From Rhodobacter capsulatus SB 1003 (lineage in GTDB: Bacteria > Pseudomonadota > Alphaproteobacteria > Rhodobacterales > Rhodobacteraceae), in the NCBI RefSeq assembly GCF_000021865.1, contig NC_014034.1, positions 3,150,001 to 3,182,000 on the forward strand: 32,000 nt of DNA. Reading direction: 5' to 3'. Shown piece by piece: positions 7,656 to 20,947 of this stretch. Every line of letters starts with the position of its first letter. The first letter of the stretch is position 1. Under the pieces are notes generated by a model that made no database searches, was not told where the DNA came from, and saw only the letters and a list, made by a program, of their open reading frames with translations. Made by a program: the position numbers and the translations under genes.

Positions 7656-8650
7656 GGTTGTTCCCCTTGCCGCAGACGGGCGTTCAGGTCGGTGTAATAG
7701 GCGATGATGCGGGCGCGGACCGGCCCCAGGGCGCGGTCCGACCAGATCAGACGGCGGCCCTTGCGGTCGGCGATCTCGGCGCCTTCGGGAAGGGTCGAGA
7801 GTTCGGGGCCCTTGACCTCATTGCCCGGCAGGGTGATCGCGACAAGCCCGGCCCAGCGGCGCCGCAACCAGGGCAGACGCGCCCGCAGATGGATCAGCCA
7901 GCGCCAGGGCCACATGAATTCGGTCGGGAATTTCACCGCCAGCCGCTTCGGGATCGCCCGCAGCTGCGCCTGGGCCGACCAGGAAATGAAGCGCTCATCC
8001 GCGATCATCGGGCGCAGGCCGTTGTAGCCATGCGCCGCATGCAGCCGTTCATAGCTCGTGGCGATATGGTGGCAATGGGCCGGGTGAAAGACGACGATCG
8101 AGGAATTGCCGCGCGCGTAATGCCGCCCGCCGCTGAGCCGGTGCAGCGCCCGCCCCAAAGGCCCGAAAGGCAGCACGACGCTTTGCAGCATCGCCATGCG
8201 ATCCGGCCGGTCGAGCAGGTCCAGGAACCGGGTGACATCGCCCAGCACCAGCGTGTCGATATCAAGATAGATCGCGGGCAGATCATCGGGCAGGACACCC
8301 GGCGCGAACATCGCCAGCTTCGCCTGACAGCCGCCCGCCAGCATCGGCGGCGACAGGTAGAACTCGGGGAAGCGCCGCAGCAGCACTTGCGGCAGCAGGC
8401 CGGGCCGGTCGCGGTCGGAAATCAGCACGACACGCGGCGGCCTCGAGGCCCGGGCCAGCACGGTCTCGATCAGGGCGTTGAGTTCGGCGACCGGATATTT
8501 CGTCCCCCACAGGATCACCACGAGCTGCCAGCGGGGGGCATCTTGTTGCACGGGCGGGCCTCGTTGGATGGGAAAGTCGCGCGCACCATCGGCGCGGGGG
8601 GGCGGAAAGTCAAGCCGGGCGGGATCAGGCCACGTCCCAGTCGTCGTCAT
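7652..8650 (-). CDS. DxD-motif glycosyltransferase-like protein, paralog 2
   Basis: LVVILWGTKYPVAELNALIETV...RVVLISDRD...KLAMFAPGVL...AIYLDIDTLVLGDVTRFLD aligns by eye with the 3232-3990 protein. The start is uncertain. ATG 8650 overlaps the lectin gene by 26 nt and has no clear SD. GTG 8551 has GAGG 7 nt upstream and would begin just before the conserved core, as in the paralog. Confidence 0.65.
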   Translation of the reverse strand: MTTTGTWPDPARLDFPPPRADGARDFPIQRGPPVQQDAPRWQLVVILWGTKYPVAELNALIETVLARASRPPRVVLISDRDRPGLLPQVLLRRFPEFYLSPPMLAGGCQAKLAMFAPGVLPDDLPAIYLDIDTLVLGDVTRFLDLLDRPDRMAMLQSVVLPFGPLGRALHRLSGGRHYARGNSSIVVFHPAHCHHIATSYERLHAAHGYNGLRPMIADERFISWSAQAQLRAIPKRLAVKFPTEFMWPWRWLIHLRARLPWLRRRWAGLVAITLPGNEVKGPELSTLPEGAEIADRKGRRLIWSDRALGPVRARIIAYYTDLNARLRQGEQP

Positions 8651-8975
8651 TGGCGCAGCCGCCGATCGCCAGCCAGTCCGCGCGGACGCGGGCGACGCGG
8701 GTGTCGCCCCAGGTGCGAAAGACGATCACGAAGCCCTCGGCCGTCACCATGTCGGCGGAAATGTCCATGCGCGGATTGTGCTTCTGGTCGATGTCCCACA
8801 TCGACAGCGACACCTGCACCGCCGGGATCTCGCGGAAGGCTTCGTCGAACACCACCAGCCTGCGCAATTCGCGCGGGCCCTCGCCCGTCCACATCACGCC
8901 GCCGTCCAGATAATCCGAAAACAGCACCAGCGATCCCTGGGCCACGCCGATCCGGGTCGAGGAAAACTTCTTCAT
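8625..8975 (-). CDS. small H-type lectin domain protein (116 aa, no signal peptide)
   Basis: FREIPAVQVSLSMWDIDQKHNPRMDISADMVTAEGFVIVFRTWGDTRVARVRADWLAIG matches the H_lectin pattern P-x-V-x-x-SL...D...N-x-R...VT-x-x-GF...TW-x-DT...W-x-AIG. That pattern is from the Helix pomatia agglutinin / discoidin II fold, as I recall it. An AGGAA SD lies upstream of ATG 8975. Confidence 0.6.
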   Translation of the reverse strand: MKKFSSTRIGVAQGSLVLFSDYLDGGVMWTGEGPRELRRLVVFDEAFREIPAVQVSLSMWDIDQKHNPRMDISADMVTAEGFVIVFRTWGDTRVARVRADWLAIGGCANDDDWDVA

Positions 8976-9033
8976 CCGTTCCTGTCGCTCACTCCGGCTG
9001 CCTGCACCTTCACGCTAATATGCGGCGCGGCAA

Positions 9034-9077
9034 GACAAAAGCAAAAAGCAAGGGCCCCGGCGCGATGACCGGGGCCC
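9034..9077 (-). terminator. Rho-independent terminator of the atp operon
   Basis: On the minus strand: GGGCCCCGG-TCATCGCG-CCGGGGCCC (9-bp stem, 9077-9052), followed by TTGCTTTTTGCTTTTG. It starts 24 nt after the atpC stop. Confidence 0.75.
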
Positions 9078-9100
9078 GAGATATCCGGCGGGATGTCCCG

Positions 9101-9499
9101 TCAGAGATTGATGTGCGAGCCAAGCGCTTCCATGTCGGCCAGCATCTTCGCGGCGGCATCGGCCACCGACGGATGCGCGGCGTCCGCGACTTTCTTGGCC
9201 TCGGCCAGCATCTCGGCATGAACCGCGGCGGTCAGTTCCGCCCGGGTCAGACCGCGCTCGGCCAGAACGGTCACCTTCTCGCCCGAAACCTCGGCGAAGC
9301 CGCCGGTCACGGCGTATTCGGCCGTGCCCGCGGCGCTGACCACGGTCAGGATGCCGGGACGCAGCGAGAGGATGACGGGCGCATGGCCCGGCATCGCCGT
9401 CAGATCGCCTTCCACGCCGGGAAGACGGACCTCGCTCGCGGCAACGGAGGCAAGCCTCCGTTCCGGCGACACGAGATCGAACTGCATGGTATCGGCCAT
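9101..9499 (-). CDS. atpC: F1 ATP synthase epsilon subunit
   Basis: 132 aa. MADTMQFDLVSPERRL...GDLTAMPGHAP is typical of the epsilon subunit. It is the last gene of the atpHAGDC order. Confidence 0.9.
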   Translation of the reverse strand: MADTMQFDLVSPERRLASVAASEVRLPGVEGDLTAMPGHAPVILSLRPGILTVVSAAGTAEYAVTGGFAEVSGEKVTVLAERGLTRAELTAAVHAEMLAEAKKVADAAHPSVADAAAKMLADMEALGSHINL

Positions 9500-9508
9500 G
9501 GTTCCCCC

Positions 9509-10933
<1,425 letters not shown>

Positions 10934-10948
10934 CTATCTCCGGTTCCG

Positions 10949-11821
10949 TCAGAGCGCCTCGGCGCCCGAGATGATTTCGATGAGCTCTTTGGTGATGGCG
11001 GCCTGACGCGAGCGGTTATACTCGATGGTCAAGCGATCGATCATGTCACCCGCGTTGCGGGTGGCGTTGTCCATGGCCGACATCTGCGCCCCGTTGAAGG
11101 ACGCGTTGTTTTCCAGCAGCGCGGCAAAGATCGCCGTGGCCACCGCACGCGGCAGCAGCGCGGTCAGGATTTCCTGATCGCCCGGTTCGTAGTCGTAAAC
11201 CGCCGAGGCCGAGGCCGCATCGGTTTCGAACTGCGCCGGGATCACCTGCTTGGCGGTCGGCACCTGGCTGATCACGCTCTGGAAGACCGAGAAGAAGATC
11301 GTCGCCACATCGTATTCGCCCGCCTCGAAGCGGTCGATGATGTTTTGCGAAATCTTCTGCGCCACCGGGTAGCTCAGTTTCTTCACGTCGCTCAGGTCGA
11401 TGTGATCGATGTAATACTGGCCCAGATCACGACGCAGCGCGTCGCGACCTTTCTTGCCGACGGTGAGGATCTTCACCGTCTTGCCCTGGGCCAGCAGTTC
11501 CATCGCCTTCGCCTTCGCGAGTTTCGCGATATTGGCGTTGAAGCCGCCGCAAAGCCCGCGCTCGCCCGTCATGATGACGAGGAGATGGACCTTGTCGGAG
11601 CCCGTGCCCGCAAGTAGGCGCGGCGCACCGTCGGTCGAGCCCACCGCACCGGCAAGGCTCGACATCACGGCGTTCATCCGCTCGGCATAGGGCCGGGCAG
11701 CTTCGGCGCTTTCCTGGGCGCGGCGAAGTTTCGCCGCCGCGACCATCTGCATCGCTTTCGTGATCTTGCGAGTGTTCTTGACACTCACGATCCGGTTCTT
11801 GAGGTCCTTAAGGCTGGGCAT
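10949..11821 (-). CDS. atpG: F1 ATP synthase gamma subunit
   Basis: 290 aa. [36 protein letters not shown] is the canonical gamma N-terminus. The C-terminus is [15 protein letters not shown]. Confidence 0.95.
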   Translation of the reverse strand: MPSLKDLKNRIVSVKNTRKITKAMQMVAAAKLRRAQESAEAARPYAERMNAVMSSLAGAVGSTDGAPRLLAGTGSDKVHLLVIMTGERGLCGGFNANIAKLAKAKAMELLAQGKTVKILTVGKKGRDALRRDLGQYYIDHIDLSDVKKLSYPVAQKISQNIIDRFEAGEYDVATIFFSVFQSVISQVPTAKQVIPAQFETDAASASAVYDYEPGDQEILTALLPRAVATAIFAALLENNASFNGAQMSAMDNATRNAGDMIDRLTIEYNRSRQAAITKELIEIISGAEAL

Positions 11822-11841
11822 CTCCCTGTCCTTTCAGGCCG

Positions 11842-13371
<1,530 letters not shown>

Positions 13372-13932
13372 TTATCCGACCTCTTTCATGGCGTTCTGAA
13401 GGGAAGCGAGTTTGGCTTTGACCGTGGTGTCGATCATGCGCGAACCCAGCTTGACGATCATGCCACCGATGAGGCTTTCATCGACGGCGACGTTCAGTTT
13501 GACGGTCTTGCCCGTCTGTTTCGCCAGCGTCGCCGCCAGCTTCTCGGCCTGCGCCGCGCTCAGCGCGGTGGCCGAGGTGACATCCGCGGTCATCTCGCCC
13601 TTGGCTTCGGCGATCGCGGCGGCCAGGCCCTTGAGCAGCTGCGGCAGCGCGAACAGACGGCGCTTCGTCGCCATCAGTTTCAGACCGTTGGCAAGCGGCG
13701 CCGACAGGCCCATCTTCGCAGCCACCGCGGCGATCGCGTCCCCCTGCTCCTCGCGGGTGTAGACCGGCGAGGAAATCAGGTCACGCAGCTCGGCCGAACC
13801 GGCCAAGGCGGCCGTCAGCGCGTCCACGTCGGCCGAGAGCGCGTCGATGCCCTTGGCCTCCTGCGCGAGGTCGAAGATGGCCGTGGCATAACGCCCGGCA
13901 ATGGCTGCGGAAATCGAAGCTGGTTCGGACAC
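13372..13932 (-). CDS. atpH: F1 ATP synthase delta (OSCP) subunit
   Basis: [26 protein letters not shown]... is an OSCP-family sequence. The start is placed at GTG 13932, with GGAAGGG 6 nt upstream, giving 186 aa. The track ORF extends to ATG 14040 with a non-conserved-looking extension. The stop abuts the atpA start. Confidence 0.85.
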   Translation of the reverse strand: MSEPASISAAIAGRYATAIFDLAQEAKGIDALSADVDALTAALAGSAELRDLISSPVYTREEQGDAIAAVAAKMGLSAPLANGLKLMATKRRLFALPQLLKGLAAAIAEAKGEMTADVTSATALSAAQAEKLAATLAKQTGKTVKLNVAVDESLIGGMIVKLGSRMIDTTVKAKLASLQNAMKEVG

Positions 13933-14243
13933 GTCCACCCTTCCGATGCTTTTGCCTCCGCACGCGGACACCGGAACCAATCGTTCCGTCACCGATTCAG
14001 AGGCCCCCCTCGGCGCCCAAAATGATCTCGCACGCCGCATTCGGGGTTGCGTCTAGCAGAGCATCAAGACCCTCGCAACCATCTTGGCGGCAGGAATCCG
14101 CATCAGGCTGGCACATTTTCTGCACCGGCACGGAGTGTTAGCGCAAAGGGTCGAAGCCCGCCCCGCTGCGTTTCCCCGCCGCAGGGCGAAGTGCCGCGGA
14201 AACGGGCTTTTCCGGCCGGGCGATTCTTGCGGCCGCGGGCGGC

Positions 14244-15002
14244 TCACATCCGCCCGACCACCGGCTTGGGCGCCCCTTCAAGGATCGAGAGCGGCTTGCG
14301 CACCGCCGCGCCAAGCCCCGAGCGGCGCACCGAATGCACCTGCTTGATCACCTCAAGCATCACCACCCCCGCCGCCAGATAGCCCGCCGCCCTTGTGCCC
14401 AGCCGTTCCCACATCTCGGAGGAGCGCAGCCAGAACCGCCGCTGCGAGGGCGGAATGTACAGCGCCGCCGCCTGACGTTCGGGGGCAAACCCCACCCGTC
14501 GTGCCTGCGCCTCGAGCTGGCCCATCGTATAGGGGCGGCCAAAGCCGAAGGGCGTGGTTTCGCGCGGCGCCCAAAGCCCGACCCGGTTCGGCACGATGAA
14601 CAGCGCCCGCCCGCCGGGGCCCAGCGTGCGCCAGCATTCCTCCATCAGCGCATCGGGGTCGTCGGAGACTTCAAGCCCGTGCAGCACCACCAGCCGGTCG
14701 ATCATCCCGGTCTCCAGCGGCCAGCTGGTTTCGGCACAGAGCACCGAGACATTGGGCTCTCCGGCGGGCCAGGGCATCACGCCCTGCTGCGCGGGCATCA
14801 GCCCGATCACCCGCCGCGCCCGGCCCAGATAGGGGCGCAACAGCGGCACCGCGAAGCCGTAGCCCGCCACCGTCAGCCCGGCCATGCCGGACTGGGTGTC
14901 CGGCCAGAGTTCGACCACCTTGTCGCGGATCGCCTTTTGCGCCGTGCGCCCCAATTGGGTGCGGTAGTAGAAATCACGCAGGTCGAGCACGTCGAGATGC
15001 AT
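14244..15002 (-). CDS. class I SAM-dependent methyltransferase-like protein (252 aa)
   Basis: This is the C-terminal 252 codons of track ORF 14244-16028, starting at ATG 15002 ([13 protein letters not shown]...). [38 protein letters not shown] resembles the post-II/III region of Methyltransf_11-type enzymes. It is divergent from gloB, a common alphaproteobacterial arrangement. The upstream part of the ORF is antisense to gloB. Confidence 0.55.
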   Translation of the reverse strand: MHLDVLDLRDFYYRTQLGRTAQKAIRDKVVELWPDTQSGMAGLTVAGYGFAVPLLRPYLGRARRVIGLMPAQQGVMPWPAGEPNVSVLCAETSWPLETGMIDRLVVLHGLEVSDDPDALMEECWRTLGPGGRALFIVPNRVGLWAPRETTPFGFGRPYTMGQLEAQARRVGFAPERQAAALYIPPSQRRFWLRSSEMWERLGTRAAGYLAAGVVMLEVIKQVHSVRRSGLGAAVRKPLSILEGAPKPVVGRM

Positions 15003-15062
15003 TGCAGGTTGGCCTTCCTTGGGCGAAGCTGGGTCAGGATAGCGAAAGATGCGCAAAAGGCC

Positions 15063-15833
15063 ATGACCCTCGAACTGACCCCGATCCCCTGCCTGACCGA
15101 CAATTACGCCTGGCTCTGGCACGACACCGCCACCGATACCGTGGTGGTGGTCGATGTCCCCGAGGCGGCCCCGGTGCTGAAGGTGCTGACCGACCGGCGC
15201 TGGCAGCTGCACCACATCCTGATCACCCATCACCACGCCGATCACATCGCGGGGGTCGAGGCGCTGGCGCAGGCGACCGGGGCCAAGGTGGCGGGGGCCG
15301 CGGCCGATGCCCACCGGCTGCCGCCGCTCGATCATCCGGTGGCCCCGGGCGACGTGCTGCATCTGGGGATGGAGGCCGCGCAGGTGATCGCGGCCGACGG
15401 CCATACGCTCGGCCATATCGCCTGGTATCTGCCCGGGGCGGGGCTGCTCTTTTCCGGCGACAGCCTGATGAGCTGGGGCTGCGGGCGTCTCTTCGAGGGG
15501 ACCCCCGCGCAGATGTTCGACACGCTGACCCGTCTGGCCGCGCTGCCGCCCGAAACCCGGGTCTGTTCGGGGCATGAATACACCGCCGCGAACGGCCGGT
15601 TCGCGCTCAGCCTGGAACCGGGGAACGGTCGGCTGCACGACCGGATGGACCGGGTGACGGCCTTGCGGCTGGCCGGGGAACCCAGTTTGCCGGTGACTTT
15701 GGGCGAGGAACGGGCAACGAATCCCTTTTTGCGCGCCGATGACGCTGCGTTGCGCGCCGCGCTCGGCCTGCCCGGGGATGCCGCGCCGCTCGCCGTCTTC
15801 ACCGCGGCGCGGGCGCGCAAGGACCGGTTCTGA
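15063..15833 (+). CDS. gloB: hydroxyacylglutathione hydrolase (glyoxalase II)
   Basis: [21 protein letters not shown]... followed by the metallo-beta-lactamase motif [11 protein letters not shown], and a C-terminal NPFLR. The start is ATG 15063 within track ORF 14334-15833. Confidence 0.9.
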   Translation: MTLELTPIPCLTDNYAWLWHDTATDTVVVVDVPEAAPVLKVLTDRRWQLHHILITHHHADHIAGVEALAQATGAKVAGAAADAHRLPPLDHPVAPGDVLHLGMEAAQVIAADGHTLGHIAWYLPGAGLLFSGDSLMSWGCGRLFEGTPAQMFDTLTRLAALPPETRVCSGHEYTAANGRFALSLEPGNGRLHDRMDRVTALRLAGEPSLPVTLGEERATNPFLRADDAALRAALGLPGDAAPLAVFTAARARKDRF

Positions 15834-15838
15834 AAGCA

Positions 15839-15870
15839 CTTTCGCGCGCTGCCTGCGGATCGCGCGAAAG
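15839..15870 (+). terminator. hairpin downstream of gloB (possible terminator)
   Basis: CTTTCGCGCG (15839-15848) and CGCGCGAAAG (15861-15870) form a perfect 10-bp inverted repeat with a 12-nt loop, 5 nt after the gloB stop. There is no T tract. Confidence 0.4.
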
Positions 15871-16008
15871 CCCGCCGCGCTGGTCAGTTTTGCAACAGAG
15901 CGGCGAGAGGTGGAAAAAACACGCGTCCGGGCCTTGAAGCGCGGCGAAATCCACCGAAACTTAATCACATGAGGCCAGTATCGGGAGACCCGAGGAAAGG
16001 AGCGCCGC

Positions 16009-18330
<2,322 letters not shown>

Positions 18331-18404
18331 CCGGCGGCGGGGCCGCATCCGATCCGGCCCCCGGATCATGCGTGACCCCGACTCTATCGCCATGCTAGGC
18401 TTTT

Positions 18405-18435
18405 CAGGCGCTCCCTTGGGGGCGCCTGATCTTTT
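18405..18435 (+). terminator. Rho-independent terminator after clpA
   Basis: CAGGCGC-T-CCC TTG GGG-GCGCCTG forms a 10-bp stem with one bulge, followed by ATCTTTT. It begins 75 nt after the clpA stop. Confidence 0.6.
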
Positions 18436-18448
18436 GGGGGATGTTGCG

Positions 18449-19453
18449 ATGCCTCTGTTCCGCCCGCGACCTTGCGGCCGCCGCGCCCCTCTGCTGGCGC
18501 TGGCGCTCGGCCTGGCCGCCCTGCCCGGGGCCGTCCCGGCGCAGGACATCGTGCTGAAACAGCCGATCGCCTGCACCCTGGGCGAGACCTGTTACATCCA
18601 GCATTATGTCGATCACGGCCCCGGCCCGGAGCTGCGCGATTTCGGCTGCGGAACCGCGAGCTATCAGGGCCATGACGGCACCGACTTTGCCCTGCCGACC
18701 CTGGCCGCGATGGCGGCGGGCGTCGATGTTCTGGCCGCCGCGCCGGGCCGCGTCCGCGCCATCCGCGACGGCGAAGCCGATGGCGCCTTCGCCGCTGGGG
18801 CCGATGTCGCGGGCAAGGACTGCGGCAATGGCGTGCTGATCGAACATGGCGGCGGCTGGCAGACGCAATATTGCCACCTCAAACAGGGCTCGATCGCGGT
18901 GAAACCGGGCACGAAGATCGCCGCGGGCACCAGGCTTGGCCAGGTCGGCATGTCGGGCCGGGCCGAATTCCCGCATCTGCATCTGGCCCTGCGCCACGAC
19001 GGCCTTGATGTCGATCCGTTCCAACCCGATCCCGCCGCCGCCTGCGACCCCGCGCCCCGCCGCACGCTCTGGCAGGACCCGCCCGCCTATGTCGGCGGCG
19101 GTCTTTTGCAGGCCGCGCTGAGCGATGCCCCGCCCGATTTCGCGGCGGTCAAGGCGGGCCTGACCGCAACTGACAGGCTTCCGGCCGATGCCCCCGCACT
19201 GGTGCTTTGGGCCTATGGCTACGACAGCCGCAAGGGCGATGTGGTGACGCTGACGATCACGGGCCCGGAGGGGTTCACCTTCACGCATGAAGAAGTGCTG
19301 GAAAGACCGCAGGCGCTGTTTTTCCGCTATGCGGGCAAGCGCGCCCCCGCGGGCGGCTTCGCCCCCGGCCGCTATGAGGCGACGGTCACCCAAAGCCGCG
19401 ACGGTGCCGAAATCGGCCGCAAGGAAGCTTTCGTCATCCTTGCCGCGCCCTGA
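18449..19453 (+). CDS. secreted M23-family (LytM-type) metallopeptidase
   Basis: The start is placed at ATG 18449, which gives a signal peptide ([31 protein letters not shown]). M23 motifs present are HDGTDFA and [16 protein letters not shown] (HxH). Confidence 0.8.
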   Translation: MPLFRPRPCGRRAPLLALALGLAALPGAVPAQDIVLKQPIACTLGETCYIQHYVDHGPGPELRDFGCGTASYQGHDGTDFALPTLAAMAAGVDVLAAAPGRVRAIRDGEADGAFAAGADVAGKDCGNGVLIEHGGGWQTQYCHLKQGSIAVKPGTKIAAGTRLGQVGMSGRAEFPHLHLALRHDGLDVDPFQPDPAAACDPAPRRTLWQDPPAYVGGGLLQAALSDAPPDFAAVKAGLTATDRLPADAPALVLWAYGYDSRKGDVVTLTITGPEGFTFTHEEVLERPQALFFRYAGKRAPAGGFAPGRYEATVTQSRDGAEIGRKEAFVILAAP

Positions 19454-19476
19454 CCGGCAAAACTGCCGCGGGGGCG

Positions 19477-19504
19477 TTGACTCTGCCCGCGGCCTCTGTA
19501 TAAG
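19477..19504 (+). promoter_or_regulatory. sigma70-type promoter of rpsD
   Basis: TTGACT (19477-19482), a 16-nt spacer, then TATAAG (19499-19504). It lies ~137 nt upstream of the rpsD ATG. Confidence 0.55.
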
Positions 19505-19640
19505 CCCCCCATCCCGGCAGCGGCGACGCTTGCCGGGGCTTTCATTGGTGTTGGTGGACCCCGCAAGGGGAAGCCTGTCGCCCAAGGCCCAAAGCCGCGG
19601 GAAAGGACAACGCCCTTCACAGTCAAGAAGGAGATCAGCG

Positions 19641-20261
19641 ATGACCAAACGCACCGCTGCCAAGTACAAGATCGACCGCCGCATGGGCGAAAACATCTGG
19701 GGCCGCGCCAAGTCGCCGCTGAACAAGCGTGACTACGGTCCGGGCCAGCACGGCCAGCGCCGCAAGAACAAGCTGTCGGACTTCGGCACCCAGCTGCGCG
19801 CCAAGCAGAAGCTCAAGGGCTACTACGGCGATCTGACCGAAAAACAATTCCGCAAGATCTATGGCGAAGCCGAACGCGTCAAGGGCGACACCGGTGAAAA
19901 CCTGATCGGCCTGCTCGAGCGCCGTCTGGACGCCATCGTCTACCGCGCCAAATTCGTGCCGACGATCTTCGCCGCGCGTCAATTCGTGAACCACGGCCAC
20001 GTCACGGTGAACGGCGCCCGCGTCAACATCGCCTCCTACCGCGTCAAGGAAGGCGACGTGATCGCCGTCCGTGACCGTTCGAAGCAACTCGCCATCGTCC
20101 TCGAAGCCGCCCAGTCGGGCGAGCGCGACGTGCCGGATTACCTCGAAGTGGACCACGGCAAGATGACCGCGACCTTCGTGCGCACCCCGGGCCTCAGCGA
20201 CGTGCCCTATCCGGTGCACATGGAACCGAACCTGGTCGTCGAATTCTACGCGAAGAACTGA
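19641..20261 (+). CDS. rpsD: 30S ribosomal protein S4
   Basis: 206 aa, [41 protein letters not shown]... AAGGAG lies 7 nt upstream of ATG 19641. The track ORF 19287-20261 carries a spurious N-terminal extension. Confidence 0.95.
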   Translation: MTKRTAAKYKIDRRMGENIWGRAKSPLNKRDYGPGQHGQRRKNKLSDFGTQLRAKQKLKGYYGDLTEKQFRKIYGEAERVKGDTGENLIGLLERRLDAIVYRAKFVPTIFAARQFVNHGHVTVNGARVNIASYRVKEGDVIAVRDRSKQLAIVLEAAQSGERDVPDYLEVDHGKMTATFVRTPGLSDVPYPVHMEPNLVVEFYAKN

Positions 20262-20284
20262 TCCGGTTCTTTGCCTCCGAAACG

Positions 20285-20311
20285 AAAGGCCGCCCTTCGG
20301 GGCGGCCTTTT
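20285..20311. terminator. bidirectional Rho-independent terminator between the convergent rpsD and 20332-20718 genes
   Basis: AAAGGCCGCCC-TTCG-GGGCGGCCTTT forms a perfect 11-bp stem. It is flanked by T-rich sequence on both strands. Confidence 0.75.
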
Positions 20312-20331
20312 GCATGTCCGATCCGGGGGAC

Positions 20332-20718
20332 TCAGCCGCCAAGCTGGATCCGGCGCCAAAGCGCACCGCCGCCCGAAAAATCGCCGCGGCGCAGATAGCT
20401 GGAATAGGACCCCTCGGCCAGCGCCTGCAGATAGCTTTGCATCGCCGGGGTGCTGGTCAGCTGCGGCCGCACGCGCGCCCCGGAATTCAGCGAAATCGCC
20501 TCGACCGAGCGCAGCACGGCCCGTTCGGTCGCGGCGCTCCAGTCGCCATCGGGATCGGCAAGATAAAGATCGACCGCGGCCAACTCGGCCTGCACCGCCA
20601 CGCGGGTATCGACCGGCAGGGCATGAAAGGCGGCGCCCAGATCTCCGGCAAGGGCGGCGGATCCGAACGGCAGGCACAGGGCGGCAAGCAGCAGGGCAGG
20701 GAGAGAGGGGTGTTTCAT
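20332..20718 (-). CDS. small secreted hypothetical protein (128 aa)
   Basis: ATG 20718 is preceded by GGAAGG. A signal peptide is present (MKHPSLPALLLAALCLPFGSAALA). I recognise no family. DPDGDWSAATERAVLRSVE is faintly reminiscent of PG_binding_1 helices. Confidence 0.5.
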   Translation of the reverse strand: MKHPSLPALLLAALCLPFGSAALAGDLGAAFHALPVDTRVAVQAELAAVDLYLADPDGDWSAATERAVLRSVEAISLNSGARVRPQLTSTPAMQSYLQALAEGSYSSYLRRGDFSGGGALWRRIQLGG

Positions 20719-20947
20719 CTGGACCTTCCAACATTTGCCGACCGGCCTCCTTTCGGCCCGAATTGTGGCAAGGGGCGGCGGCTGAGAGGGCAATATGCGG
20801 CTGATGTTCTAAAAATTTCCTAAAATTTGATCGGAGGCCTGCGGTCTGGCGGCATCACTGCCGCTTTCAGGCGTATTTGCGGTTGAAACAGCGCTTCCCA
20901 TGCGGCTTTGCCCCGGCTATTGAGGCATCCAGGACAAGGACCTCATC

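Noticed and set aside
8596-8602. G7 (C7 on the coding strand) homopolymer near the 5' end of glycosyltransferase-like paralog 2 as a phase-variation switch
   Set aside because: Seven residues is short for slipped-strand phase variation, and runs of 6-7 G/C occur elsewhere in this window (for example C6 at 19505-19510). The tract also lies upstream of the more plausible GTG 8551 start, so it may not be coding at all.
1-9000. The glycan locus as a horizontally acquired genomic island or mobile element
   Set aside because: There is no integrase, transposase, tRNA attachment site or flanking direct repeat in the window. Codon usage looks as GC3-rich as the neighbouring core genes by eye. The left boundary is outside the window, so this cannot be excluded, but nothing here supports it.
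14041-14243. Possible small gene or sRNA in the 200-nt region upstream of atpH
   Set aside because: The three track ORFs here (14047-14382, 14053-14247, 14084-14347) are Arg/Pro-rich, lack an SD and overlap each other. I could not find a convincing promoter-plus-terminator pair. This is most simply the atp operon promoter and leader region.
15925-15965. Heat-shock (sigma32-type) promoter upstream of clpA (CTTGAAG ... CTTAAT)
   Set aside because: The spacer between the candidate -35 and -10 elements is ~20 nt, which is too long. The -10 does not match the CCCCAT/CTATNT-type consensus. It is not supportable from sequence alone.
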